Counted from the stretch's first letter, positions 35,167-45,607 are shown. The stretch is DNA of 64,000 bases from Marine group II euryarchaeote REDSEA-S11_B3N4 (GCA_001628485.1 LURR01000012.1:146563-210562), one strand, 5' to 3'. Numbers and translations: made by a program. Notes: a model not told the origin generated them from the letters alone.

Positions 35167-38100
35167 ATGGCCGGACGCCGCTCGATGTTTTTGCCCCTGG
35201 CTCTATTGGTCCTAATTGCTCCCATGGCGTCTTCCTCTATCTGGGTGGAAGAAGTACCTAATGGCGGTTATGATGCCGAAGGAAAGTGGGCCCCATCAGT
35301 GGAGTCAGAGATACATTGGAAATGGTGGACACATTGGAGCAGAGACAAGGATTACAACTCCATTGACGACAGACTGGAATGGCTAATTGAGCAACCGGAG
35401 GAAGTCAAGAGGGATTGGTGGAGGCGAGCTCCGGAAGGACATGCCAGGATCTTCGTAGACTACGACCACCACCCAACTGATGCCGATATCTCTGCCTTGG
35501 AGTCACTAGGGGTCGAAGTTACTTTCAGGTTCGGATACCTAAATACTGTCTCAGCCACCTCGCCTGTATCTTCAATATTGGATGAAAATGGGATTAGATC
35601 ACTCAGTGGGGTTGTGATGATTGAGGACCTCGGACTAGCTGAGACAAATATGAACGAGGCCGTGCCAAATATGGCGGTTGACAATGTCTGGAATGACTTC
35701 GGACTAGACGGAACAGGCTCGGTAATTGCGGTTCTCGATACTGGAGTTCGTGGCGACCACGAGGGTCTAAACGACATGGACGACGATCCCTTCACCTGTA
35801 TCGACGACCCTCCGGACCCAGATCCACTGGATCCAGAGCCACAACCAATCCCTTCCGACTGCGATCCGAAGATTATCGCTTTCTTTGATGCCGTTTTCAC
35901 CGATGATGAACAAGATCCCTCCACGTCATACGATTCGGGCACCCATGGCACTCATGTCGCAGGAATTGCTGCCGGCTCGGGAGGGGGGCAGACAGACCCT
36001 GGAACCGGTGAGAGATATGTCGGTGCCGCGCCTGGAGCCTACCTGATAAACATCCTAGGGTGTTGCGATGGCGACATCGAGGATGTGATGCAAGGTGCCC
36101 AGTGGGCCATAGACAATAGGGACAAGTATGGAATCGACATAGTCACCTCTTCTTTGGGGGAACAGCAGTTCGAGGTTCACATCGACAATGACGGGAGCTC
36201 CGCTTGGAGCCGTCAGATGGACATGGTCGTTGAGGCCGGAATCATAACCACCCTCTCTGCGGGTAACGAGTTCGGTGGAGCGACCCTTGCTGGGTGCAAC
36301 ACAATCGACAGCCCGGGTGACGCTGAGCTACCTGTCACAGTGGCTAGCCTGGACAAGGACCTTGGTCTGGCGATTTACAGCAGTCGTGGGTACACCTCGG
36401 ACCTCCGAGTCAAGCCGGATGTCGCTGCTATTGGCTCAAACATAATGGCCCCTGACGCAGCGACTCAGGATGGGTACACGAGCAAGTCGGGCACTAGTAT
36501 GGCCACACCGCTTATGGCCGGAATCGCAGCACTGATGGTGCAAGCGAACCCCGATTTAACGCCGACAGAGTTCAAGGACATAATCTCCGCTCACTCCATT
36601 GAGAGAGATATCCAACTCTTGAACGATCCCGGATTCAACGACTGCAGCCTCCTGGAAACCCGTCCCGACAACGAGTTCGGTTTTGGTCAGGCAGACCCAA
36701 CTGCCTTTGTAGAGGCCGCTGGGAGTATAGACAGATCCCTGAACGTCTCAATGGGAGTCTCCACCCTGCAAGAAATAGGGAATGGTAGCTATGTCACAGG
36801 TACCTCCAGTGGAGCAGCCCCGGGCACTGGCTTGGTAGAGGTTAAGGTAGGCGGAGGCCTTTGGTCGGGAGCTGCCGATTTATCCAAGGACGGGGACTGG
36901 TCATCTTGGAGCATAAAACTAGATCCGCATGAAAAATCTGGGAACTCGACAATTTATGCGAGGTTGGTAGTTTCCGATGACAGCATTTCCCCAGTGGATG
37001 CAAGAAGGGTAATTCTGGTAGATGCCCAATTTTCCGGCTCATCGTCTTCCTCGGGATTGACCAACCTAGGCCCAATCGCCTTCTTCGTACCCTTCCTGCT
37101 AGCAATAGCCCTGGTTCTGTTCGTCGGTAGAAGGGAAGAATGGCTCCAAACCCCGATCTCCCAAAGCGACCAAACTAGCGAAGACGAGATTTCGCACGCA
37201 GAGCCAGAGGATGCATTGTCTTGGTCAGAAAGGATGTGGGAAAACGTGACCGAGCTAGGCAAGGGAGGGGCGATAACCGAGAACCCAATCAAGAGAGTAC
37301 TAACCCTTTGCCTTCTCTACTTCGCCCAAGGCCTCCCGTCGGGTTTCGCAAGCGTGACATTTGCGGCATATCTCGTAGCAAACGGGGTTTCAGTGCCCGA
37401 GATAGCGATTCTGTTCGCAACTGTCTCCCTCCCATGGACCTTCAAGTGGATATGGGGGCCTCTGGTTGACTCGGTTTACATCGAGAAGTATGGTCCTCGA
37501 AGGCAATGGATAGTGTTCGCTCAAACCGGAATGGCACTGACCCTTGGCTCCTTGCTTCTGGTTCCGGACTTGAACGGGCAGATCGATTTAGTTGCTAGAA
37601 TCCTATTCCTCCACAACATATTCTCGTCGTTGCAGGACGTGGCAACCGATGCTCTCGCAGTGGAGGTTCTCGAGCCCGATGAGGTAGCCAGGGTAAACGG
37701 GCTTATGTTCGCCGCAAAGAGGGTCGGAATCATCTTCGGTGGGGCGGTCCTGGGGGTGTTAATCACCAAGATAGGGATATCCGGAGTAATCGCAGCGCAA
37801 TTAGTGATGCTCGCATTCATCATAACGGTGCCACTTTTCATGGTCGAGAAGCCAGGCGTTCAACTGTTCCCATGGTCAAGAACTTCGGTTGACACCGACT
37901 CGCAGGATTCAAGGACCGAATCCGGTGCATTGGTCGCAGAGCCGGTGGAGGACTCAGAAGAGGCCCCATGGGAGGAAGAGGAAGAGTTCAGAGTAGCAAG
38001 AATAGTCGGCTACAGTATTGCCAACAAGCGAGTATCAGTCGCCTCCTTCCTAGCGGTTTCGGGAGCCTGTATCTGGCTGTTCGGCTTCGTGATGGACGTC

Positions 38101-39093
38101 TTTACGGTAGACTGGGCCTTCGGCAAGAACGTCAGAATAGGGTTCCCGGCACTAGAGGCAAAACAAACCTTCGGATTTGACCTCAGGCCGTGGTCTGGGA
38201 CGAATAGGATTAGCCTGGCGCTGATTCTTCTATCAGTAATTTCGTGGGGGAGGTCAAGATTCATTTCACCACAATCCGGGGAATCTATGCCAAACCCGAT
38301 ATTACTTATCTTGGCTCCAATCGGCGCCCTATCCAATAGTCTGCCTGGAGGAGGTCGTTTCGATCCAGAGTCTGTCAGTAATACAATAGCAAGAACATCC
38401 TTCTATCTGACTAAGGCCTTCTCAGTCAGATCTGCCTTCCTGCTGGTTATAGCGGGTCTACTCGGTGAGCTGTATTACTTCACCAGCCCGATTTACGTTG
38501 ACATCTTCATCAATGAGGCTGGCTGGTCACAACAGAAGTACAATGGGATAGTCGGCGGCATCGCCTTGTTAGGGTCAGTTTCGGGGCAGATAATCGGTGG
38601 AGTCCTCGGAGACAAGTTCGGAATACGCAGAGTAGCGATGGTCTCGTTCTTGGTGCTGGCACTGGCGAATGCCACCTTTGCGTTCCTAGAGCCCATGTGG
38701 GGGAACACCTTGGTTATGACAATATATTTGATAGGCCAGTACTTCATTGCTGGAATCGCATTGATTTGCATTATTTCTCTGTGCATGAGGCTAACATGGA
38801 GCAAAGTAGGGGGAACCCAGTTCACAGCATACATGTCCATCCTGAATACCTCGGTCGTTTTCGCATACACGCTGACAGAGAGGATGATATCCGTCTTCAA
38901 CTACACATCTGCAATCTACATAGGCGCTGCTCTGACCCTCGTCACAACCTTCTTCCTACTTTTCATAGACGAGAATGAAACTGATCGCGTGCTCGAAGGT
39001 AGATGGGACGGTGCCGATGAATTCGATGACCTAGGGGAATCTCCCTGGTGGGATGCTGAAGAGGGGGGCGAGCAGCCTGTTGCGAGTGCATGA
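35167..39093 (+). CDS. Fusion protein: secreted S8 subtilase + TM anchor + AmpG-like MFS transporter
   Basis: Signal peptide and propeptide; AVLDTG, HGTHVAG, SAGNE and SGTSMATP motifs; TM; then LYFAQGLP, SLPWTFKWIWGPLVD, RRQW, QDVATDALAVE and GTQFTAYMS motifs, all in one uninterrupted frame. Confidence 0.88.
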   Translation: MAGRRSMFLPLALLVLIAPMASSSIWVEEVPNGGYDAEGKWAPSVESEIHWKWWTHWSRDKDYNSIDDRLEWLIEQPEEVKRDWWRRAPEGHARIFVDYDHHPTDADISALESLGVEVTFRFGYLNTVSATSPVSSILDENGIRSLSGVVMIEDLGLAETNMNEAVPNMAVDNVWNDFGLDGTGSVIAVLDTGVRGDHEGLNDMDDDPFTCIDDPPDPDPLDPEPQPIPSDCDPKIIAFFDAVFTDDEQDPSTSYDSGTHGTHVAGIAAGSGGGQTDPGTGERYVGAAPGAYLINILGCCDGDIEDVMQGAQWAIDNRDKYGIDIVTSSLGEQQFEVHIDNDGSSAWSRQMDMVVEAGIITTLSAGNEFGGATLAGCNTIDSPGDAELPVTVASLDKDLGLAIYSSRGYTSDLRVKPDVAAIGSNIMAPDAATQDGYTSKSGTSMATPLMAGIAALMVQANPDLTPTEFKDIISAHSIERDIQLLNDPGFNDCSLLETRPDNEFGFGQADPTAFVEAAGSIDRSLNVSMGVSTLQEIGNGSYVTGTSSGAAPGTGLVEVKVGGGLWSGAADLSKDGDWSSWSIKLDPHEKSGNSTIYARLVVSDDSISPVDARRVILVDAQFSGSSSSSGLTNLGPIAFFVPFLLAIALVLFVGRREEWLQTPISQSDQTSEDEISHAEPEDALSWSERMWENVTELGKGGAITENPIKRVLTLCLLYFAQGLPSGFASVTFAAYLVANGVSVPEIAILFATVSLPWTFKWIWGPLVDSVYIEKYGPRRQWIVFAQTGMALTLGSLLLVPDLNGQIDLVARILFLHNIFSSLQDVATDALAVEVLEPDEVARVNGLMFAAKRVGIIFGGAVLGVLITKIGISGVIAAQLVMLAFIITVPLFMVEKPGVQLFPWSRTSVDTDSQDSRTESGALVAEPVEDSEEAPWEEEEEFRVARIVGYSIANKRVSVASFLAVSGACIWLFGFVMDVFTVDWAFGKNVRIGFPALEAKQTFGFDLRPWSGTNRISLALILLSVISWGRSRFISPQSGESMPNPILLILAPIGALSNSLPGGGRFDPESVSNTIARTSFYLTKAFSVRSAFLLVIAGLLGELYYFTSPIYVDIFINEAGWSQQKYNGIVGGIALLGSVSGQIIGGVLGDKFGIRRVAMVSFLVLALANATFAFLEPMWGNTLVMTIYLIGQYFIAGIALICIISLCMRLTWSKVGGTQFTAYMSILNTSVVFAYTLTERMISVFNYTSAIYIGAALTLVTTFFLLFIDENETDRVLEGRWDGADEFDDLGESPWWDAEEGGEQPVASA

Positions 39094-39343
39094 AATTCTG
39101 GAAGGTACGGATGAAGACTTCCTGGTCTTCACACAGACAATATGCCCATACTGCACTCGTGCTTTCAGAACCCTAGATTCCAAGGGGCTAACTTACTCCG
39201 AAGTGAATCTGGATAACTTCGAAGGCCTTCGAAAGGAAGTTGTGATGGAGACCGGTCACAGGACGGTCCCTGTGGTTTTCGATATGCGAGGAGACGCCCC
39301 CGTATTCGTAGGGGGTTCAGACAACCTTCTGGAATACCTCTAG
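39086..39343 (+). CDS. Glutaredoxin
   Basis: CPYC, GHRTVP and VGGSD motifs; GTG start overlaps the end of the protease-MFS gene. Confidence 0.9.
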   Translation: MHEILEGTDEDFLVFTQTICPYCTRAFRTLDSKGLTYSEVNLDNFEGLRKEVVMETGHRTVPVVFDMRGDAPVFVGGSDNLLEYL

Positions 39344-40299
39344 AGTGTCCAGGACTGCGTGATTCCACCGGCAATTCTGACCCTCAGGAACGTCGATCCG
39401 CCCGTGAAGGTCGCAGTTAGGGTGTATTCGCCAGAAGGATAGGGTATGGTGCCCAGGGTACCCATCTCACTAGCTCCCGGACCCCAAATCCTCTCAAGTA
39501 CAGAGATTGACATATGGTCCCTCAGTGTAAAGGAAATGGATGAACCGGAACCACATTCTGCGTCCATGAAGTAGATCATCTCATCCCATTCCCCATCACT
39601 AGGATGGTCGCTGACGAGGAAAGTGTCCCTAAACTCAATGTCATTGCCCGGGTCTTCCCATGTTTCGCTGAAGAGGTCCCCCCCTCTAACGAAGTAGACG
39701 TCTCCAGTGTGCCCAGAACCCGAGTCCGACAACATCATCCTAAGGTTCGAGGTTCCCGAAGCATCCTTCCATGTGAATGACTGGAAGAATCCAATTTCGC
39801 TGTCGAAAACGTAATCCAGCCTAGAACCATCATCAGAGTTGGCGATTACTACTGCAGTACTGCCTGCTACATCGGAAACGAAAGCACTCCACTCCATTGA
39901 GAATAGGGTGAATGACCATGAGTCCCCCTGTTCCATTGGGAAACTGAGCACTTGCTGGGGAGCTCCGTTTTCGAAAGCACCTAGATCGGAGTGGGTAATC
40001 CTGCCAAGGAAAGGGTTGTGATTCAGTACGGCATGCCTCCTTGCTTCAGTCAAGCTAGAAATCGCTAACATGTATGCAGTCCCGTCTTCTTCGCTGGTAC
40101 TCGCTACAACTAGCCTTGCAGTATCGTCGCTGTAGTCCGGGGTTGAGAATGTGTACAGCCACCAGTCTCCCGTCTCCCATGTAGGCACCTCTATCTCGTT
40201 GGATCCATTGCTGCCTACTCCTGATGAACCTCCGGTGCATCCGGCGAGAGAGAACGAAAGAATCACCACGGTCATTGCCAACGCGCGATACGGGCCCAT
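39340..40299 (-). CDS. Hypothetical lipoprotein
   Basis: Lipobox LAGC, Gly/Ser linker, VPTWETGDWWLY and FPMEQGDSW motifs. Confidence 0.75.
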   Translation of the reverse strand: MGPYRALAMTVVILSFSLAGCTGGSSGVGSNGSNEIEVPTWETGDWWLYTFSTPDYSDDTARLVVASTSEEDGTAYMLAISSLTEARRHAVLNHNPFLGRITHSDLGAFENGAPQQVLSFPMEQGDSWSFTLFSMEWSAFVSDVAGSTAVVIANSDDGSRLDYVFDSEIGFFQSFTWKDASGTSNLRMMLSDSGSGHTGDVYFVRGGDLFSETWEDPGNDIEFRDTFLVSDHPSDGEWDEMIYFMDAECGSGSSISFTLRDHMSISVLERIWGPGASEMGTLGTIPYPSGEYTLTATFTGGSTFLRVRIAGGITQSWTL

Positions 40300-40350
40300 G
40301 CCCTACGCTGGGGCCGACCTATCAAGAGTCTGACGCTCTTTAGTTTCGTC

Positions 40351-42438
40351 TCAAAGGGTCCCCAGTTCCCCGCTCTTTGTCAGCATTCCAGCGATAACAA
40401 CGCTGACTATGCTCATCAGCTTGATCAGTATGTTCAGAGATGGGCCGCTAGTGTCCTTGAATGGGTCTCCGATGGTATCTCCCACTACAGCAGCACTGTG
40501 GGCTTCATCGCCCTTTGCAGCACCTTGTATGTGCCCTTGCTCTATTGCCTTCTTGGCGTTGTCCCATGCTCCTCCTGCGTTTGCCATGAATAGTGCCATC
40601 AGGACGCCGCTAGCAGTAGCCCCTGCCAGAGTTCCACCCAGTGCTGCGCTACCTAGTAGCAAACCAATGACTACAGGACTAGATACGGCCACTACGCCCG
40701 GCATCACCATCTCCCTAAGCGCCGCCTTGGTGGAGATGTCCACGCAGGTTGCACTGTCTGGCTCAACTCCCTCGCGACCCTCCAGAAGACCGTCGATTTC
40801 CTTGAACTGCCTCCTAATCTCGGTTATCATGTCCTCGGCTGCTCTCCCAACTGACTTCATGGTCATGGCTGCAACAACGAAAGGAAGAGCAGCCCCGATT
40901 AGGAGCCCGATTACCACCATTGGCTCGGTCAGGCTCAAGTCTGCTGCCTCAAGATTAGCACTGGTCTTGAATGCGGCAAAGAGAGCCAGGGCAGTCAAAG
41001 CAGCACTTCCTATCGCGAACCCCTTACCGATTGCTGCGGTTGTGTTACCAATCGAATCGAGCCCATCTGTGATCTCCCTTACATCATCGCCTAGACCGGA
41101 CATTTCTGCAATTCCGCCGGCGTTATCTGCTACAGGGCCATAGGCATCCACTGTCATGGTAACGCCAACTGTGCCCAGCATCCCCATAGCCGCCATTGCT
41201 ATCCCGTACAATCCTGCATCCCCACCGTCCATCACATGGTTGGCTCCGAAGATTCCTGCAGCCATCAGTAACACCGGGATGAATACCGATTGCATCCCTA
41301 CGGCTAATCCTGCGATGGCGTTGGTAGCGCTCCCGGTCTTGCTTGCTTCCCCGATGTAAGGGATGGCCTGTACTTTGAAGAAGAACACATCTTCTATTCC
41401 AGTGTAGTATTCGGTGACTAGTCCAATTAGAATGCCGACAAGAGAACCTATTGCCACAGCTTGGATTACCTTCGTGGGCAAATCAAGGAAGTCCAGGGCA
41501 AAGTATCCTCCAACGATGAAAAGTCCAGCGGCTATGAAGGTGGTATTCCTCAATGCTGCCCCCGGATCCATGTTCTGCATTGCAGTAATGGAGAATACGC
41601 CAATGATGGAAGCAATGTAACCAACTACTGCCAGAACGATTGGAATCATCACATAGTCAGGGCCAAGGAGATCTTCACTTGCCGCTGCGATCACCATTGC
41701 TGCGATAATGCTTCCAACGAATGACTCGAAGATATCGGCGCCCATTCCCGCGACATCTCCGACGTTGTCCCCGACGTTGTCTGCAATCACGCCCGGGTTT
41801 CTGGGGTCGTCCTCGGGAATTCCCGCCTCAACCTTTCCAACAAGGTCCGCACCAACGTCTGCTGCCTTGGTGTAAATGCCGCCTCCAACTCTCGCGAACA
41901 GTGCTATCGAAGATGCTCCCATGCCGAATCCTGCAATGTTATCCACCGTTAGGAACGGTTCGGGTCCGGCTTGGGTAAGGTAGTACATCAGAGAGATGCC
42001 GGCTAGACCAAGCCCTCCTACGGCTAGACCCATCACTGCACCTCCATTGTATGAAGTGGTCAGTGCGGCTGATTGGCCACCATCGGCTGCAGCCTGTGCA
42101 GTTCGACCGTTCGCACTAGTCGCAGATCGCATTCCGGAGAATCCTGCGGCTACGCTGCATATCGCCCCAATGATGAATGCGACCATGGTTTCAAACCCGA
42201 GGCCGTTTTGTTCTCCCCCTAGGAGAAGGGCTATTGCAACGACTACAATGAATCCGGATAGCAACCTGTATTCAGCCCACAGGAACGCCATCGCACCATC
42301 ATAGATTCGCCCAGTGATTTTCGCCACCGTCTCGTTCTCGATCTTTATTGAATTCACCTTGTTGTATAGGAAAAATGCGACTAAAAGTCCGAAAAGACCC
42401 GCTGCAATCCCTATCATACCTAGTTGTTCTCCATCCAT
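40351..42438 (-). CDS. hppA: Membrane-bound pyrophosphatase, K+-dependent, probably Na+-translocating
   Basis: [26 protein letters not shown] and [14 protein letters not shown] motifs. Confidence 0.97.
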   Translation of the reverse strand: MDGEQLGMIGIAAGLFGLLVAFFLYNKVNSIKIENETVAKITGRIYDGAMAFLWAEYRLLSGFIVVVAIALLLGGEQNGLGFETMVAFIIGAICSVAAGFSGMRSATSANGRTAQAAADGGQSAALTTSYNGGAVMGLAVGGLGLAGISLMYYLTQAGPEPFLTVDNIAGFGMGASSIALFARVGGGIYTKAADVGADLVGKVEAGIPEDDPRNPGVIADNVGDNVGDVAGMGADIFESFVGSIIAAMVIAAASEDLLGPDYVMIPIVLAVVGYIASIIGVFSITAMQNMDPGAALRNTTFIAAGLFIVGGYFALDFLDLPTKVIQAVAIGSLVGILIGLVTEYYTGIEDVFFFKVQAIPYIGEASKTGSATNAIAGLAVGMQSVFIPVLLMAAGIFGANHVMDGGDAGLYGIAMAAMGMLGTVGVTMTVDAYGPVADNAGGIAEMSGLGDDVREITDGLDSIGNTTAAIGKGFAIGSAALTALALFAAFKTSANLEAADLSLTEPMVVIGLLIGAALPFVVAAMTMKSVGRAAEDMITEIRRQFKEIDGLLEGREGVEPDSATCVDISTKAALREMVMPGVVAVSSPVVIGLLLGSAALGGTLAGATASGVLMALFMANAGGAWDNAKKAIEQGHIQGAAKGDEAHSAAVVGDTIGDPFKDTSGPSLNILIKLMSIVSVVIAGMLTKSGELGTL

Positions 42439-42515
42439 AGTTACACCATTAGTTCGGCTCGCCGAATCGAGTGCTCTATTTAATCCAAATCCAATCGTAA
42501 AACTGCCTCTGCTGT

Positions 42516-43439
42516 TTAGTCAATATTTGCGTGAACAACCGAGGCAAACGAATTCAGAACCCCAGCTCCGTCGTGTTCACGTTGGAATGCAACCATTTCT
42601 TCCTCAGAAATATGGCCCCAACTGAAGGCTCTTTCCACCCTCGCTTTGGCTGCTTCGGGATGGAACTGAACCCCCCATGCAGGAAGCTCCCTGCCATTAT
42701 CTCCCATTACCCGAACCGCGGTAACTCTGTTGTGTTCAGCCGAGCCAAGTAGCAAACAACTCTCCGGAACGGTCGTAACATGATCTTGGTGGGAATATAA
42801 CGCAACGATGGCCCCTCCCTCACCGCTTCCTCTGCTGGCAAACAATTCGTCAGAGGAGCCACGCGAATTGAGTGTAAGCTCCCAGACTCCGCTGGACATT
42901 GACTCTGCTCTTTCTACGCTAGCTCCAAGGGCGTGGCATAGGAGTTGATGGCCGAAGCAGATTCCGAGCGTGGGAATGCCCATTCTCGATGAGCACCTCA
43001 TCAGCGACCCCCCGCCTCTCATCCAATCTTCCCACATTGTCACGTTTCTTCTGGAGCCGCTGCAGACTACGGCATCTGGCTCAATGGCACGAACCCAGTC
43101 CCGAGTCATTTCATCGTCTCCATGCAATGGCATTGCTATCCTCCTGAAGACCACCTCATTCCCATGCATCTCCATGCTGCACTCTTCCCAGAATGGATAC
43201 TCATAGTCCCAGTTAGGTACGTCTTTCTCTGAGATTTCGACTAGCCCTTGCTCTTGAGCGCGTAAACCAGCTTCCTCGGACTGCATCTGCGGAGTCACCA
43301 GGAGAACCTCCACAGCACTACTCTCTGCAATAGGCTGAATCACCTCTTGATTGCCGCCATGACCGAACTCCGATCTTTCGACAAGGAGGTCGATTAGGAT
43401 GACTCGCGTAACTCTTCTCACGACACTCCGAGGAGGCAA
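42516..43439 (-). CDS. Type 1 glutamine amidotransferase (GMP synthase-like)
   Basis: GICFGHQ nucleophile elbow, SHQD and QFHPE motifs. Exact start is uncertain. Confidence 0.85.
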   Translation of the reverse strand: MPPRSVVRRVTRVILIDLLVERSEFGHGGNQEVIQPIAESSAVEVLLVTPQMQSEEAGLRAQEQGLVEISEKDVPNWDYEYPFWEECSMEMHGNEVVFRRIAMPLHGDDEMTRDWVRAIEPDAVVCSGSRRNVTMWEDWMRGGGSLMRCSSRMGIPTLGICFGHQLLCHALGASVERAESMSSGVWELTLNSRGSSDELFASRGSGEGGAIVALYSHQDHVTTVPESCLLLGSAEHNRVTAVRVMGDNGRELPAWGVQFHPEAAKARVERAFSWGHISEEEMVAFQREHDGAGVLNSFASVVHANID

Positions 43440-43477
43440 TTCTTTGAAAGACCCCCGCCCCTCAAGGGGATAACAAC

Positions 43478-43753
43478 ATGGTCGACAAACAACTCATCCT
43501 TGACTCCGTCGGGCCCGTACAGGCCGTTCTAGACGCCCATGATGGAGTGGTAAACGTCGTAGATACCACTGATGGGGTGATAATGATCTCATTGGAGGGC
43601 GGATGCACCGGTTGCAGCGCCACTCCTATGACCGCCATGCAGATTTTCTACTCTCTGATGAAACTAGATGAGGTTCAGGATGTAGTTTTCGTAAACGGAG
43701 AATTGCCAGACTACATGCGTTCTTTCATTAACGACAAACTAAATTCAGAGTGA
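43478..43753 (+). CDS. NifU/Nfu-like Fe-S cluster carrier domain protein
   Basis: L-x-x-HDG-x-V...LEGGCTGC pattern. Confidence 0.8.
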   Translation: MVDKQLILDSVGPVQAVLDAHDGVVNVVDTTDGVIMISLEGGCTGCSATPMTAMQIFYSLMKLDEVQDVVFVNGELPDYMRSFINDKLNSE

Positions 43754-44086
43754 CTAGTCTTCGTCCCTTCTTGCCTTCATGATATTGTGAGGATTCGCCT
43801 CTCCTTGGACATCCTTTCCCTTTATGTTCATGACCGATGCTATTGCCATCGTTACCGCAATCACTGCAAATGGCCTTGCAATGTTCTTTGACCCCCATAT
43901 CTCTCCTCCAGAGTAGTGCAATGCGAAAAGAAGTGCGGCCGAAGACAGGCAAATCACAGAGATCAGCCTCTGAGCTAGTATCTCGCTTCTGGTTGTCTTG
44001 GACAGAGAACCTATGGCCATCCAGAGGAAAGTGGCAAGTCCACAAAGACTCAGAGAGGCAGCCTCAATCAACTCCAGATATTCCAT
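43754..44086 (-). CDS. Small hypothetical membrane protein (3 TM)
   Basis: Three hydrophobic segments and a C-terminal GEANPH; fills the gap cleanly. Confidence 0.7.
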   Translation of the reverse strand: MEYLELIEAASLSLCGLATFLWMAIGSLSKTTRSEILAQRLISVICLSSAALLFALHYSGGEIWGSKNIARPFAVIAVTMAIASVMNIKGKDVQGEANPHNIMKARRDED

Positions 44087-44164
44087 GTTAGGCCCCTATG
44101 GGAGGTGGTTTGAGTATGTTATTATCTATCAACAAGCCAATATATTGTACTATTATGGGCATTT

Positions 44165-44554
44165 ATGGGGATATCGCCCAGATCTCGGTGGTCAAACCGC
44201 GATGAATCATCATACAAGGAGCAGAGATCAGGAACCAAATCAGGAATTAGACCTAGAACGAGTAAATGGGCCGAGCCATTCGCAGAAGCTTCTGCATCAA
44301 TGCTAATCATTGGACAGTTGACAAGCCTGTTAACATTGGTAATGATGCATGCAGGAAAATCTTCGGGATCAGGATCTTTTGAGACCAACTCATGGGCGCT
44401 GGGAGAATCGGCATTTCTGGTGACTGGAGGCTTCGGAATCGCCTCATTCCTCTTTTTGTTCAGAGTATCCTTTTCCCGAAAGGCCCCTAAGAGGCGGAAG
44501 AGGATGGCTAGAATTTGGCTACTATCATTCCTCCTTGCGACACAACTGACTTGA
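44165..44554 (+). CDS. Hypothetical membrane protein
   Basis: Two to three hydrophobic segments and an AT-rich upstream region; no recognisable motif. Confidence 0.45.
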   Translation: MGISPRSRWSNRDESSYKEQRSGTKSGIRPRTSKWAEPFAEASASMLIIGQLTSLLTLVMMHAGKSSGSGSFETNSWALGESAFLVTGGFGIASFLFLFRVSFSRKAPKRRKRMARIWLLSFLLATQLT

Positions 44555-44586
44555 GTGCCTAAGTACTCCGGGGTCTGATAACTACC

Positions 44587-45450
44587 ATGCATCCAGCAAC
44601 CAATGCGACTTTTGCAATCTCCGGATCTCTACTATTCATCGGAATCCTCTTCTTCGGTACCGGGACCCCAATTCCTCTTCTCGACTCTACTGATGACGAC
44701 CCGGAGGTACAGTTCTTCTTCTCTGGAACAGCGACAACACTATTGTTCGAGCAAACCGACTCCGGGTCCAACAATGGATGGGCAGTTTACACGTATGGGA
44801 TGTACAATGACTCGGATGGAGATGGTTTGTGGGACGATTGCTACTCAGTCGAGATTTCACTTCTGAATGAATCGGGAGTGGATTTCTATTACCCAGCTTG
44901 TGAAGTTTCCACTCAAAGGGAAGATGTAATTGATATGATATACATAGGCCAGTTTTGCTTTAATCCTAACAACTCTTCCTCCCCTGGTTGTACTGATGGC
45001 AACTACTCTATGGAGTCAAGCCGATACGTCAGAATCTCACAAGAGTTCGAAAAACCAGACGTTTCCGTATTGTCCTCATTTGCAAGCTGGATAAGAGACG
45101 GGCTAGTTTCAGGCGTTACCCTGATTTGTGGGGGTCTACTGTTGTTTTTACTCGCGATGGTGCTCGCCGTAGCCCTGCCGGAAAAGTCGGAGGAACCAGT
45201 GAAAAAGAAGAGAAGCGGGCCAACCGCCGAATGGCGGGCGTACTCCCTCTCTGGCCAGGAGAGGGGAGATGATGGCATGCCCAAGGCATTCAGCAGACAT
45301 TCCGAGAGGAAGGATATCTTCAGGAAGCCCAGGAAGGGAAATGTAATCGGTGGCGTGCATAAGTCGGGCGGATTGTATCTAGAGGGATGGAATTCGGAGG
45401 ACTCAGATGCTGCTTACAAGAAAAAGGTGGAAGACAGAAGGGGGAAATGA
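44587..45450 (+). CDS. Hypothetical membrane-anchored protein
   Basis: N-terminal TM, acidic Cys-containing extracellular domain with DSDGDG, a second TM and a basic cytoplasmic tail. Confidence 0.75.
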   Translation: MHPATNATFAISGSLLFIGILFFGTGTPIPLLDSTDDDPEVQFFFSGTATTLLFEQTDSGSNNGWAVYTYGMYNDSDGDGLWDDCYSVEISLLNESGVDFYYPACEVSTQREDVIDMIYIGQFCFNPNNSSSPGCTDGNYSMESSRYVRISQEFEKPDVSVLSSFASWIRDGLVSGVTLICGGLLLFLLAMVLAVALPEKSEEPVKKKRSGPTAEWRAYSLSGQERGDDGMPKAFSRHSERKDIFRKPRKGNVIGGVHKSGGLYLEGWNSEDSDAAYKKKVEDRRGK

Positions 45451-45451
45451 C

Positions 45452-45607
45452 TCATAGGAGCAGAGGAACCAGCATCAGAAGTATACCCACCACCACAATT
45501 GCTCCTACTGATCTGATGAGAAGTCCGAATATCGAATCTAGAACCATGCCGCTGTATGGCCTTCGAGCCTTTCTCACGTAAATCGGAGAAACCTCTTCTT
45601 CCTCCAT
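45452..45607 (-). CDS. Small (51 aa) membrane protein
   Basis: MEEEEVSPIYVRKARRPYSGMVLDSIFGLLIRSVGAIVVVGILLMLVPLLL*; starts 9 nt after the nadE stop; below the ORF-track length cutoff. Confidence 0.6.
   Translation of the reverse strand: MEEEEVSPIYVRKARRPYSGMVLDSIFGLLIRSVGAIVVVGILLMLVPLLL

Noticed and set aside
35806-35855. GACCC/GATCC-type short repeats
   Set aside because: They simply encode an Asp/Pro-rich loop (DDPPDPDPLDPEPQP) in the protease.
40409-41143. 244-aa plus-strand ORF
   Set aside because: Antisense shadow of the highly conserved hppA; low-complexity Ala/Pro/Ser composition with no motif.
44122-44592. 156-aa minus-strand ORF
   Set aside because: No protein-like features; it overlaps a more plausible plus-strand membrane ORF and the start of the next gene.
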